Source: Squalus acanthias
Lineage: Eukaryota
DNA length: 64,000 bases
Reading direction: 5' to 3'
Assembly (NCBI GenBank): GCA_030390025.1
Contig: CM059431.1
Span: forward strand, 134,108,001-134,172,000
Below are positions 23,001-35,242 of this stretch, piece after piece. Made by a program: the position numbers and the translations under genes. Each line of letters opens with the position of its first letter. Positions within the stretch are counted from its first letter, which is position 1. The notes below the pieces were generated by a model, which was not told where the DNA came from, did no database searches, and was given only the letters and a program-made list of their open reading frames with translations.

Positions 23001-24708
23001 TTGCAAGGCTTTGGATGGCAATGGAAGGTCTCTGAGAAGACCACTTTCTCACAGTCCTACGGCTCTAGTTTCAGACCCCCTTGGGCTGCAACATCACATG
23101 GAGATGAAGCAGAGGCAGCAAAGGGGACAAGCTGCTCATAGAGACAAGAGGAAGAAGCAGAAGAGGAAGAAGCAGAATAGGAAGAAGCAGAATAGGAAGA
23201 AGCAGGAGGAAGGAGGCAACCCAGACAGACCCTTTCTGGCTGGGACATCCGGGATCGAATCATCCGCCTGCAGTACCACAAACCCAATTCTCCATACAAT
23301 ATTTGCCCCACACCTTACCTTCCCTCTGTTACTGACCATCACAGCATCCTCTTGGCCACAATGCTGAAATAAAAGCTACCACAAAGCAAACTTTGCAATC
23401 CAACTTTATCCATATATGCATTCAATATGACATCACAAAATCAACTAATCACCCTTATGCATTCCCTTAGTGACTGTCTTGTGTGTGCCTTTGCCTATCC
23501 TACTGATGTCACGCAGTGCTACCTCAGTGGCTGCAACGTGGTTGGCGGAAGGCTGCTGACTTTCAGTGGGGCACACTGCAGATGGCCTTGCAGGATGACC
23601 TCGAGGAGCTGGTGGCTCGGACTGTCAAGTTGAGTGACGGTGTTTCTTCTTCACTTTCCTCCTCCTCTTCTTGGTCAACCACTGGCTGGGCAGGCTGGAT
23701 TTCTTAGGTGTCTGAAATGAGGGAGGCACAAGGGTAGGGTTGTGGTGAGGGGAGGGGGGTAAAGCAAGAGGTGCATGCTTACACCATGTGCAGCTTGTAC
23801 ATCAGAAGATATTGTGGGATGAGGGGGAAGTGGGATGTGAGAAGGAGGATAATGTATGAGGATATGTTATCCTTGTATCCTTTCAGCCCCGCCACTGCCA
23901 TGCCCTTGCCAAGAATGGCCTGCACCGTCTCCTCCAAGGGTGTCAGGCAAAGCTAGAAATGTGAGGTGTGCCTCATGTTTGGTAGAGATTGTTGGTAGGT
24001 GAGTGATGCGTGGGTCGTGCATTGAGCAATGTGTGAGGCCAGTGGTGCAGATGGCTTTAGAAGATGCATGTGACCTTGACCACTGGTCTGAGGTCATGAA
24101 ACTTCTTTGGGTACTGCAGCCAAGTTCTGGGGCGACAGTGCTGGCAGTGACCGCCTCGGCAATCTGCCCCACATCCTTCTTTCTGGAGGGCCTCCTGTGG
24201 GTAGAGGACCTCTCTTCCAGTGTTGACCCCCTGCATGAAGCTGGAGTGCTGCGTGCGAGACCCCGGGTGCCCTTTCCCTGGCCTGTTGAGCCATTTGTGT
24301 TGGTGCTGAAGCACTTTTACCATTTTTTACATGCAGAAAGAAGGCAGTCAAGCTTTAACTGCCCAGTTTGGAATGATTTTTAATGGGTTTTTTTCAGAAG
24401 GCAGTTGACCTTTAAGGCTAGAGACTGCTTATTTTTGAATGATTTTACATTTTTTCTTCAGAAGGCAGTTCACTTTTAAGGGCTTGAGACTTCTTTCAAA
24501 ACTGACAGCCTTGCTTTAAGATAATGCAGCGTCACTCCAGCGACACAGCATTGAGCCTCCTGCTGAATGCACAGCCTCAAGCTAAAAATCATTCAAATCA
24601 GCAGGCAGCACCAAAATAACGTGCTGCCTACGTTTTCTAAACGGGCGCAAGCAAATCTCGTCCTGCGGTGCCACCATCCGTTTACGGGCCTTAACTCATT
24701 TCTAGGCC
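20091..24708. mobile_element. Non-autonomous Harbinger family A/B, copy A, TSD CAG, interrupted by a CR1
   Basis: Ends ggccgcaaaatt / atttctaggcc with CAG on both sides. Acidic transposase tail remnant ~23130-23280. Minus-strand Myb exon MAQQARERAP...WGQIAEAV...RTWLQ.PKKFHDL at ~24055-24295. Confidence 0.8.
20385..22862 (+). mobile_element. CR1 LINE ORF2 (5'-truncated) nested in Harbinger A
   Basis: ORFs 20480..20875, 21350..21778, 22039..22470 and 22467..22949, with a ttcttatgttctt tail. Confidence 0.9.
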
Positions 24709-25011
24709 CAGGTGTTTCTATCAATTACTGAGACAAGCTAATGAATTATTTCAAGTTTATAGTCTATAGGGAAAATAACTTCTAATAGTACATTAACACC
24801 CACTGTCGCAGTTCCCCTTTTTAAAAACTTGCGTGAATACACTATGCTTTGAAACACAACATAAAAAAAAACTCCTTTCTGTGGAAATTGGTCAAAAAAT
24901 TCCGAAACACGATATTGTTTTTTAGTAATTTATGGCACAGCATTTCATATTAATTACGTTCTCCAGAGCGGACTCGTTAATACAGCAATCCACAACATTA
25001 AATAACCATAC

Positions 25012-25155
25012 CTGCTTTTCTAAAAAATTCTTAAGATTGTTCACTTCCTGCTGGTATCGTCGACTTTCCTCCTGAATGTCATGCTCATGCTCATTCTTCA
25101 AAGTGCCAAGGCTGGATTTAAGTTGCAAACTTGTATTCTTTATCTGCAGAAGCTC
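25012..25155 (-). CDS. DZIP1: Next internal coding exon of DZIP1, 144 nt, phase 0/0
   Basis: Minus strand reads gtgtcctgataag|GAGCTT...AAGCAG|gtatgg. Translation ELLQIKNTSLQLKSSLGTLKNEHEHDIQEESRRYQQEVNNLKNFLEKQ joins in frame to the 41352-41513 exon and resembles DZIP1 QLSEIQKSNMQIKSNIGTLKD (from memory). Confidence 0.85.
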
Positions 25156-25227
25156 CTTATCAGGACACACAATAAACATAAAATTGGCATTTAACAAAAA
25201 TAAATACACTTAACTTCAACTTATAAT

Positions 25228-25984
25228 GGCCCAGATTTTGCAGTCAGAGGTGAACGAACAGCGCTTGCCGTTCATTATACTTACATTTTCCCACAGACTT
25301 TCTGTGGGCTTTTGCACTGCGACTTGCGGTAATTGGAGAGTCGAAACAGCGCAGCGCCCTCTACAGGGGATCTGGGACCTGTGTGAACAGGCAAGCAATG
25401 GTGTCTCTCCTCAACCAATCAAATTGAAAAATCATTACTGAGACACGCAGTCCAAACCAGGAAATGTAAGTTAGAATACTTAATTCAATGCCAAATCATA
25501 CAGAAAGCAAAATAGAGAGGGTAAGAAAGATGGGATTAAGAGAGAGGATAAAAGAGACATAAATAAAAAGTTTTTAAAAAATTAAAAAATGTTAAATCTC
25601 CAACAATAATTAAAATCTAAAGGAATGAGACTCACACTTTTGAAAGTAAATTTTCAGTGCTAGAGAGGTTGCTTGGCAGTAATTAAGACTTATCACGCCT
25701 TAAAGATTCACTCACACTTGAACAGACAAGCCCTAACTTTTTCTGGCATGTTTAGTGGCTATCTAGTGGGTAAGTACCGCAACTTCACGCCCTTCATGTA
25801 TGTGAATGCCGAGTCTCTTGGCGAGGTACTGATGTAGTGCAGCTTGTGGAGGAACAGGGCAATTCGGACAGCAACTTCCTGATTTCCGTGTTTAACTGCG
25901 ACGGCAGTCGTTGCTGTCGATTTACTCCTTAATAACAGTGAGCGCTGTTAGTCTCACCATTATTCTTACCGGAAAATCCAGGCC
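25228..25984. mobile_element. Harbinger-type MITE, TSD AAT
   Basis: aat|ggcccagatttt ... aaaatccaggcc|aat. Confidence 0.8.
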
Positions 25985-27769
25985 AATATCTTAGCAATTT
26001 ACAGCTAAATTGTTATCTACAGATTATTCTGACAGTCATTTCTGTTTATGTTATAACATATTAAGTTTCTTTAAAGGCAAATAATTGGGAGGAATAGTTC
26101 ACAAACACAACCCATGAGCACAACTTTTTAATAGAGCCAGTACAAAAAGCTCCTACTCTGCTAATGTTGTAACTGTCCCACATCTGCCATTAAAAGGCTT
26201 ATGATAAATATCAGATTCATAATACAGTAGATAATCAAGCAGAATATAGAAAGTGCAGAGGAATACTGAAAAAGGAAATAAGAGGGGCAAAGAGAGTGTA
26301 TGAGAATAGCTTAGCAGGTAACATAAAAGGGAACAGTCTTTTATAAACATACAAACAGTAAAAGGATAGCCAAAGGAAGGATGGGGCCGATTAGGGACCA
26401 GAAAGAAGTTCTTCTTGTGGAGGCAGAGGGCATGGCTGAGGTACTAAATGAGTACTTTGCATCTGTCTTCACTAAACAAGAGGATGCTGCCAATGTCTTA
26501 GTAAAGGAGCAGTTAGTAGAGAAAATGGAAGGGATAAAAATAGATAAGAGATACTTAAAAGGTTGGCTGCGCTCAAAGTAGCATGATCACCCGGTCTGGA
26601 AGGGATGCATCCTAGGTTTCTCAGGGAAGTAAGGGCGGAAATAGCAGAGGCTCTAAACACAATCTTTCAATCCTCCTTCGATATGGGAGGACTGGAGGGT
26701 TGCAAATGTTACACCCCTGTTCAAAAAGGGGAGAGGGATCAGGCCAGTCAGTCGAATGTGGGGAAGCAGTCCGGACAAAATGAGTTGAGTTCTTTGTTGA
26801 AGTAAGAGAGAAGATTGATGAGGTTAGTGCAGTTGATGTTGTGGATATTGGCTTTCAAGGGATTAAAGGGCCAGTGGAAGCGTGGATATGAAAGCGGCTA
26901 AGGGACGGAAAGCAGAGAGGAGTGGTGAACTGTTGTTTTTCAAACTGTGGGAAGTATACAGTGGTGTCCCGCAGGGGTCAGTATTTCCGACCACTGTTCT
27001 TATTGATATGTATTAATGACCTGAACTTGGGTATACAGGGCATCATTTCAAAGTCTGCAGATGACACAAAACTCAGAAATGTAGTAAACAGTGACGAAGA
27101 TAGTTGCAGACTTCAGAAGGACATAGATAGACCAGCAAAATGGGCAGACACATGGCAGATGAAATTTAATGCAGAGACGTGTAAAGTGATGCATTTTGGA
27201 AGTAAGAATGAGGAGAGGCAATATAAACTAAATGGCGCAATTTTTAAATCTTTGAAGGTGGCAGAATAACTTGATAAGGTTGTTAAAAAAGAATATGGGA
27301 TCCTTGGCGTAAAAAAGACACGGGCCTAAAAATTCTATGTTTTAGCGCTGGCCATTAAGGCCAGTTTTGTAGAAAAAATGGCGACCGCCTCACATCTGCC
27401 CGTTTCTGGCGTGGGACACGACGGCCGCCATTTTGATAAGGGCCATAGCGCTGCTCTCCAATGTAAATTAGCAGCTCGTGACGTAAATCGGCACTTCTAA
27501 TTTGGACGTTCTCGCTCTCCTTTACGCTGTGTCCTAACCACGCACAGAAAAGCGTGCATGAAGCAGCCCTGCAGAGACGCTGTCAGCGCTTCTTAAAGAG
27601 ACACACACATCTTAGGTTTGAATTTAAGCTTTTGGACTATTTTTAATATTTTATTGAAGTAGTGGCTTGGTGCAATAGATTTAAAAAAAAATTTAAGTGT
27701 GCAGGGAGTGCTGCTGGATGCTTGCAAGGCTTTGGATGCTAAAGGAAGGCCGCTGAGAGGAGAAACAAT

Positions 27770-27897
27770 GCTGGAAAAACTAAGCAGGTCAGGCAGCATC
27801 CGTGGAGACAGAAACAGAGTTAACGTCGCAGGTCAAGCTGCTGCCTCACCTGCTGAGTTTTTCCAGCATTTTTTGCTTCTATTTCAGATTTCCAGCA
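27770..27897. mobile_element. Short degenerate fold-back of a Penelope 3' tail
   Basis: atgctggaaaaactaagcaggtcaggcagc ... gctgcctcacctgctgagtttttccagcat. Confidence 0.7.
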
Positions 27898-28558
27898 CCC
27901 ACTCGTAGAGGGCAGAGGAAGAAGCAGAAGAGGAAGATGCAGCAGGGGAAGACCAGAAGAGGAAGAAGCAGAAGAAGCCAAAGAGGAGGAAGTGGAAGGA
28001 AAGATGCAACCCAGACAGCCCCTTTCTGGCCAGGACATCCAGGATCGAATCATCCGCCAGTCACCACAGCTCCAATTCCCAATTCAACTTTTGTCCCACA
28101 CCTTACCTTCCCTCTGTTACTGATCATCACAGCGTCCTCTTGGCCACAATGCTGAAATAAAAGCCACCACAAAGCAAACTTTCCAGTCCAACTTGATCCA
28201 TATATGCATCCAATATGACATCAAGAAATCAACTAATCACCCTGTGCCTTCCCTTAGTGATTGTCTTGTGTGTGCCTTTGCCTATCCTAGTGATGTCACA
28301 TAGTGGCTGCACCATGGCTGGTAGAAGGCTGCTGACTTACAGTGGGGGACACTGCAGAATGACCTCGAGGAGCTGGTGGCTGGGAATGTCAAATCGAGTG
28401 ACGTGTTTTTTATTCTTCTTCTTCTTCCTCTTATTCCACTTCTTCCACTTTTTCATCTTCTTCTTCACTCTCCTCTTCCTCTTCTTGGTCAACCACTGGT
28501 TGGGCAGGCAGGATTTCTTGGGTGTCTGAAATGAGGAAGGCACAAGGGTAGAGCTGTG

Positions 28559-29532
28559 GGCCGCGATTTTGCTGGCCTCGGCGGGTCCCGACCCCGCTGC
28601 TGGCTCCATCCCATTCTGTGAAATGAATTTCCCTTAATGGGGCTTGTTATGCCCGCCCAGTGCATTTCTCGGCCAATTCGAGGAAGTGGGTCTGGTGACG
28701 TCATTTGATGATGCGTCATCAACCAGTTTCCTTAAAGGGACCATGGCCAACTTTAATTTGACATTTGTGCTGTCAGTGTTCTGCAGCATTGAAGTGCTGC
28801 AAAAACTGACAATGACTGCACAAAGGCACAGGAATGCACCCAGCCTCTCCCATGACTCCCTCCATATGCTTATGGAGGGAGTCACAGCACACAGGGAGGT
28901 CCTCTTCCTTTCCCATGGGCGGAAGGCACCTCCCCAGGAGATCAACACAGCCTGGTTGCACATTGCAGAGGAGGGCATAAGCAGGGATATGGTCAGGAGG
29001 ACCTGGGTGCAGTGCTGCAAATGTTTCAATGATCTCAGTAGATCACAAAACATTAGTACAAAGCCACACTCAACCTCATCCTGCTGTGCCTCTCATCACA
29101 TCCCCATCACTCTGCCTTCCCTACCCTACTCCTGCACATCCTTACTCACACCAACTTACCTTGGAACTCCACCCATCCCTCTCTATCTATATTATCATAT
29201 CCCCATCTCACTAGCCACCCCTCACACTCACCCTCATCCTAGTGCAATCATACCAACTAACAACACACAGGGGTAGGTACTTGGGTGTTTTATGCAATGT
29301 TCATGTAAAGTTTCTGTAAATGTGGTGTCAAACATTGAAACCTTTATTTTCAACACTTCGGTTTTTGAACAAATTTGTGTGCACCTTTGGAAGTGGCTTA
29401 GTGAGTTGCAGTGAATGGTGAGACATAACAGTACCCCCCACAATGGTGATGAGTGTGAAAGGAATGGCTTGGGCATTGTAGGGATGCTTTATGGTGTTGG
29501 TATGGGGTGGTGAGCACCGGCAAAAGCTGGCC
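28559..29532 (+). mobile_element. Harbinger family C, internally deleted copy nested in B, TSD GTG
   Basis: gtg|ggccgcgatttt ... aaaagctggcc|gtg. Myb/SANT exon MTAQRHRNAPSLSHDSL...AWLHIAEE...RRTWVQCCKCFNDL. The empty site is visible in copy A at ~23740. Confidence 0.82.
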
Positions 29533-29559
29533 GTGGAGAGAGGAGGGCACGAAAGCAAG

Positions 29560-30196
29560 AACATAAGAACATAAGAAATAGGAGCAGGAGTAGGCCAATC
29601 GGCCCCTCGAGCCTGCTCCGCCATTCAATAAGATCATGGCTGATCTGATCCTAACCTCAAATCTAAAGAACACAAGAAGTAGGAGCAGGACCCGGCCACT
29701 CAGCCCCTGGGCCCGCTCCGCCACCCACAGGGCCTTGACCGATCCGAACTCAGCCTCATGTCCAATTTCCTGCCCGCTCCCCGTAACCCCTAATTCCCTT
29801 TAATTCTAGGAAACTGTCTATTTCTGTTTTAAATTTATTTAATGATGTAGCTTCCACAGCTTCCTGGGGCAGCAAATTCCACAGACCTACTACCCTCTGA
29901 GTGAAGAAGTTTCTCCTCATCTCAGTTTTGAAAGAGCAGCCCCTTATTCTAAGATTATGCCCCCTAGTTCTAGTTTCACCCATCCTTGGGAACATCCTTA
30001 CCGCATCCACCCGATCAAGCCCCTTCACAATCTTATATGTTTCAATAAGATCGCCTCTCATTCTTCTGAACTCCAATAAGTAGAGTCCCAATCTACTCAA
30101 CCTCTCCTCATATGTCCACCCCCTCATCCCCGGGATTAACTGAGTGAACCTTCTTTGTACTGCCTCGAGAGCAAGTATGTCTTTTCTTAAGTATGG
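29560..30196 (-). mobile_element. CR1 3' fragment nested in B
   Basis: ORF 29756..30127 and a (TTCTTATG)n tail. Confidence 0.88.
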
Positions 30197-31212
30197 AAGA
30201 GCTGCAGGCTTACACCATGCGCACCTTGTAAATCAGAAGATATTGTGGGATGAGGTGTAAGTGGGATGTGAGAAGGAGGATAACGTATGAGGATACTAGC
30301 ATCTTGTATCCTTTCAGTCCGCCGCTGGCAAAGGGCTCAGCCATGACCCTGCCAAGAATGGCTAGCACCATCTCCTCCAAGGGGGTGAGGAGAAGCTAGG
30401 AATGGGAGGTGAGCCTTGTGTTTGGTAGAGATTGTTGGTAGGTGAGTGATTGGCGGGTAGGGGTCGTGCAATGAGCAGTGTATGAGGCTAGTGGTGCAGT
30501 TGGTAGGAGACAGCTTTTGAAGTTGCATTCACTGACCTTGGCCACTGGTCTGAGGTCATAAAGCTCCTTTGGGCACTGGAGCTTGGTCCTGGTGGGGGGG
30601 GGTGGAGGAGGAGCAACACTGCTGGTAGAAAACCTCTCTTGCAGTGACCCCCTGCTCAAAGCTGGAGTGCTGCGTGCGATACACTGGGTGCCCCTTTCCT
30701 GGTTTGTTGAGCCATTTTTGTTAGTGCTGAAGCATTTTTACCATTTTTTTTATGTGCGGAAGGTAGTTCACCTTTAAGAGCTGAAGACTGCCATTTCGGA
30801 ATTATTTTAGAAGGCTGTTGAGCGCTAATTGCTAAAAACTGCATATTTTTAAATGATTTTTTTTTTTCATCTTAGAAGGCAGTTCCCCTTTAAGGGATCA
30901 ACACTACTTTCTAAAATGACAGGCTAGCTTTAAGAGAACGCTGCCTCACTCCAGGGACGCTATGACCATGCTACATTGGGCCTCCTGCTGAGACTACTGC
31001 CCGAAACAGTGTGTTACATGGTAGGTTTAGCGCTGTGCTAATTTAAACTAGAAGGCAGCTCCAAAATAAGCCTGCACTCTTTTTGCGGGCGGCCATTAAC
31101 TTCGGCCCGCAGTGGCACCGGCTGTTTCCCGGCCTAATCGAATTTCTAGGCCATAGCATGCAAAGGCAAGGCAGTTATGCTAAATCATTGGTTAGGCATC
31201 AGCTGAGGTATT

Positions 31213-31898
31213 GGGGGGAACTTTTACTTACCGTTGCACTGGGAGCAGGGGGTTGGGGGAGGTGTCGGTTAATGTGCGGGAAACCCAGAAGTCTGGATCC
31301 CCCTGCACGCCGTGGAGATTTACCTTCATAGTGGCATCTTTCATCATTGACAGGTTTCAGCTTGATTGACAGGCTTGGCTTCCAGTTGGGCAGGGAGCAC
31401 CCCGGCGGAAGCCGCAGGAACAGGTAGGTCCTATCTCCGACACAGTCCGATCCCAAAGAGGGTCCGATCCCAAGGAGGGTCCAATCCCTGACCTCGGGGG
31501 TTGGGTTGGGGGTGGTCAATCCCCAACCCAGGGGCGGGTCTGATCCCGGGGGGCCCTAGAGGGGGTGGGTTTGTCTGGGGAGAGATCCAATGGTGGGGTG
31601 CTTGGGGGGCCAGGAGGAAGCACTCCCGCTCCTCCTGGCCTACAAGGAGTGCTACCCAAGGCTGTCCTCGTCTCGCTGCAGCTGTCAGGTACCCGAGGCT
31701 TGGGAAACCTGGCTGGCCACAGTAAAACCTGCACAGCAGGGTAAATCCAGCCTACTTAACATATTTTAAATGCCAACAGGCCTCCTGGGAGCGGGTTAGC
31801 TGCATGCTCCTTGTCCTGACTCGGGTAAAAAACAGGTTGGCCATTTAATCCGCCCCCCGACCCACACCCACCTTCTCACCCATGTTAAAATTCACCCC
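31213..31898. mobile_element. Harbinger-type MITE, TSD ATT
   Basis: att|ggggggaactttta ... taaaattcacccc|att, with CR1 continuous across the site. Confidence 0.75.
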
Positions 31899-32077
31899 AT
31901 TGTGTCCAATTGTAGGCATCACACTTTAGGAAGGATGTCAAGGCCTTGGAGAGGGTGAGAGACTTCAGTTATGTAGGAAAATTAGAGAAGCTGAGATTGT
32001 TATCTTTAAGAGCAGAGAAGGTTAAGTGGAAATTTAATATAGGTGTTCAAAATATTGAGGGGTTTTGATAAGAGTAC

Positions 32078-32360
32078 ATACAACAACTTGTATTTATATA
32101 GCGCCTTTAATGTACTAAAACGTCCCAAGGCGCTGCACAGGAGTATTTTAAGACAAAAATTTGACACCGAGCAACATAAGGATAAATTAGGGCAGGTGAC
32201 CAAAAGCTTGGTCAAAGAGGTAGGTTTTAAGGAATCTCTTAAAGGAGGAAAGAGAGTCGGAGAGGTTTAGGCAGGGAGTTCCAGAGCTTAGGGCCTAGGC
32301 AACAGAAGGCACGGCCACCAAAGGTTGAGCGATTATAATCAGGGATGCTCAAGAGGGCAT
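32078..32360 (-). mobile_element. L2-like LINE 3' tail
   Basis: Reverse complement ends aaaggcgctatataaatacaagttgttgtatg, and it interrupts a CR1. Confidence 0.6.
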
Positions 32361-34023
32361 CATAGGGAGAAACTGTTTCCATTGGCAGGAGGGTCGATAA
32401 CCAGAGGACATAGATTTAAGGTAATTGGCAAAAGGACCAGAGAGGAGATGAGAATTTTTTTACGCAGCGAGTTGTTATGATCTGGAATGCGCTGCCTGAA
32501 AGGGTGGTCGAAGCAGATGCAATAGTAACTTTCAAAAGGGAATTGGATAAATACCTGAAAAGGAAAAATCTGCAGGACCATGTGGAAAGAACAGGGGAGT
32601 GGGACTAATTGAATAGCTCTTTCAAAGAGCCGGCACAGACACGATGGGCCGAATAACCTCCTTCTGTGCTGTATAATTCTCTGATTCTAAGTCAATAAAT
32701 TGGAAATGCACGTAAAATTTTACTTAAGTTGTAAAATTAACTGAGGTGGTTGTCGCCGTATAAAGACATAATATGATGTATGTGGGTAGAATCAACACAG
32801 AATATACTTGTCATTTACAGGGGATACACTGAAAACGGTTAAGATAGAAAAGGATCTAGGTGTTATCGTGCACAGATTACTCAAGGTTCACGCCACTGCA
32901 GAGAAGCCATAGCCAAAGCATTCAGGGTTTTGGGTTGTATTAATAGAACCATTCAATAACAGTCAAAGAACACCATGCTATCCTTATATTGGTCCTTGGT
33001 TAGAATGCATCTAGAGTACTGCATCCAGTTTTGGTCCTCTCACATGTTGGTCTCTTGAGCTTCGGGTTTCAGAGCTTGAGCAGCAGCTGGCGTAACTGCG
33101 GTCCATCCGTGAGGCTGAGAGCTACGTGGATAGCACGTTTCAAAAGGTGGTCACCCCGCAGCGTAAGAGTGCGCAGGCAGAGAGGGAATGGGTGACGGTC
33201 AGACAGAAAAGGAGGACCAGGCAGGTAAGTGCAGGAGTCTCCTGAGTGCATCTTGCTCTCCAACCAGTATTCACTGGTGAGGGCGATGGTTCCTCTGCGG
33301 AGTACAGCCACAGCCAAGTCCACGGCACCACGGGTGGCTCAACTGTACGGGGTGGGGAGGAGGAAAATCGGGAAGGCAATAGTGGTAGGGGATTCGATAG
33401 TTAGGGGAACAGACAGGCGTTTCTGCAGCCGCAGACGTGATTCCAGGATGGTATGTTGCCTCCCTGGTGCCAGGGTCAAGGATGTCACCGAGCAGCTGCA
33501 GAACATTCTGAGGGGGGAGGGTGAACAGCCAGAGGTTGTGGTCCATATCGGTATCAACGACATAGGTAGAAAAAGGGATGAGGTCCTCCAGGCAGATTTT
33601 AGGGAGCTAGGAAAGAGGTTAAAAAGCAGGACCTCAAAGGTAGTAATCTTTGGATTGCTCCCTGTGCCACGAACTAGTCAGCATAGAAATAGGAGCATAG
33701 AGCAGATGAATGCGTGGCTGGAGAGATGGTGCAGGAGGGAGGGCTTCAGATTCCTGGGACATTGGGACCACTTCTGGGGGAGGTGGGACCTGTACAGGCC
33801 AGATGAGTTGCACCTCAACAGAGGCAGAACCAATGTCCTCGTGGGGGGTTTGCTAGTGCTGTTGGGGAGGGTTTAAACTAATTTGGCAGGGGGATGGGCA
33901 CCAGGATGTAGCATTAGAAAGGAGAAACAAAGTGAACAAAAGATGGGGAGGGACAGATAGGACTAGAGTAAGAAATAGTAAGGTATTAGATGGGATCAGA
34001 TTAAGAAAGAATACAAGGTCTAA

Positions 34024-34156
34024 TACAAAAGCAAAATACTGCAGATGCTGGAAATCTGAAATAAAAACAGAAAATGCTGGAAATACTCAGCAGGTCAGGC
34101 AGCATCTGTGGAACGAGAAACAGAGTTAACGTTTCAGGTCAATGACCCTTCGTCAG
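34024..34156 (-). mobile_element. Penelope-tail short retroposon with hammerhead core, TSD aaggtctaa
   Basis: Reverse complement contains CTGACGA-A-GGGTC-ATT-GACCT-GAA-ACGT-T-AACT, followed by the 3' tail ccagcatctgcagtattttgcttttgta. Confidence 0.78.
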
Positions 34157-35242
34157 AAGGTCTAAGACAGGTTTACAGTGCATGTGTGTAAATGCACGAA
34201 GCGTGGTAAATAAGGTTGGTGAGCTGCAAGCGAAAATAGCCACATGGGAATATGATGTTATGGCGATAATGGAGACCTGGCTCAAAAAAGGGCAGGATTG
34301 GGTTTTAAATATTCCTGGATATTAGGTGTTCAGGAAAGATAGGGCAGGAAAGAAAGGAGATGGGGATGGCGGTATTGGTTAAGGCGAATGCTACAGTGCT
34401 GGAGAGAGAGGATGTCCTGGAGGGGTCAAGGACAGAATCTATTTGGTTAGAGTTAAGAAATAATAGAGGTGCCATTTCACTACTAGGTGTATTCTATAGG
34501 CCACCAACTACTGGGAAAAATATAGAGGAGCAAATTTGCAGGGAAATTACAGAGAGGTGCAAGAACTATAGGGTAATAATAATGGGGGACTTCAATTATC
34601 CTAATATAGACTGGGATAGTAATAGTGTAAAGGGCAGAGAGGGGGAAGAATTTCTGAAGTGTGTTCAGGAGAACTTTCTTGATCAGTACATTTCCGGCCC
34701 AACGAGGAAGGAGGCATTGCTAGATCTGGTTCTGGGGAATGAAGTGGGTCAAGTGGAGCAAGTGTCAGGAGGGGAACATTTAGGGAACAGTGATCATAGT
34801 ATCATAAGGTTTAGATTAGCTATGGAAAAGGATAGGGAACAATATAGAGTAAAGATACTTAATTGGAGGAAGGCAAATTTCAGTGGGTTGAGAACGGATC
34901 TGGCCCGGATATATTGGAATCAAAGAATGGCAGGCAAAACTGTAATCGAACAATGGGCTGCCTTTAAAGAGATGGTGCGGGTACAGTCAAGGTACATTCC
35001 CACGAGGGGGAAAGGTAGGGCAACCAAAGCCAGAGCTCCCTGGATGACAATAGAGATAGAGAGTAAGATAAAGCAGAAAAAGAGCGGGTATGACAGATGT
35101 CAGGTTGAGAATATAAGTGAGAATCAGGCTGAATATTAAAAGTTCAGAGGGGAAGTGAAAAAGAAAATAAGTGGGGCAAAGAGAGAGTATGAGAATAGAT
35201 TGGCAGCTAACATAAAAGGGAATTCAAAGGTCTTCGATAGGC

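Larger units (their letters stand above)
27323..31152. mobile_element. Non-autonomous Harbinger family A/B, copy B, with three nested insertions
   Basis: Colinear with copy A. Ends ggcctaaaaatt / aatttctaggcc; TSD imperfect (acg/ata). Myb exon on minus strand at ~30535-30715. Confidence 0.8.
26136..32688 (+). mobile_element. Old CR1 LINE split by Harbinger B, a MITE and an L2-like tail
   Basis: Colinear CR1 pieces 26136-27320, 31153-31212, 31899-32073 and 32362-32688. Confidence 0.8.

Noticed and set aside
22978..23367. Lys/Arg/Gln-rich ORFs (also 27802..28155)
   Set aside because: Off-frame reading of the (GAR)n acidic-tail remnant of a Harbinger transposase
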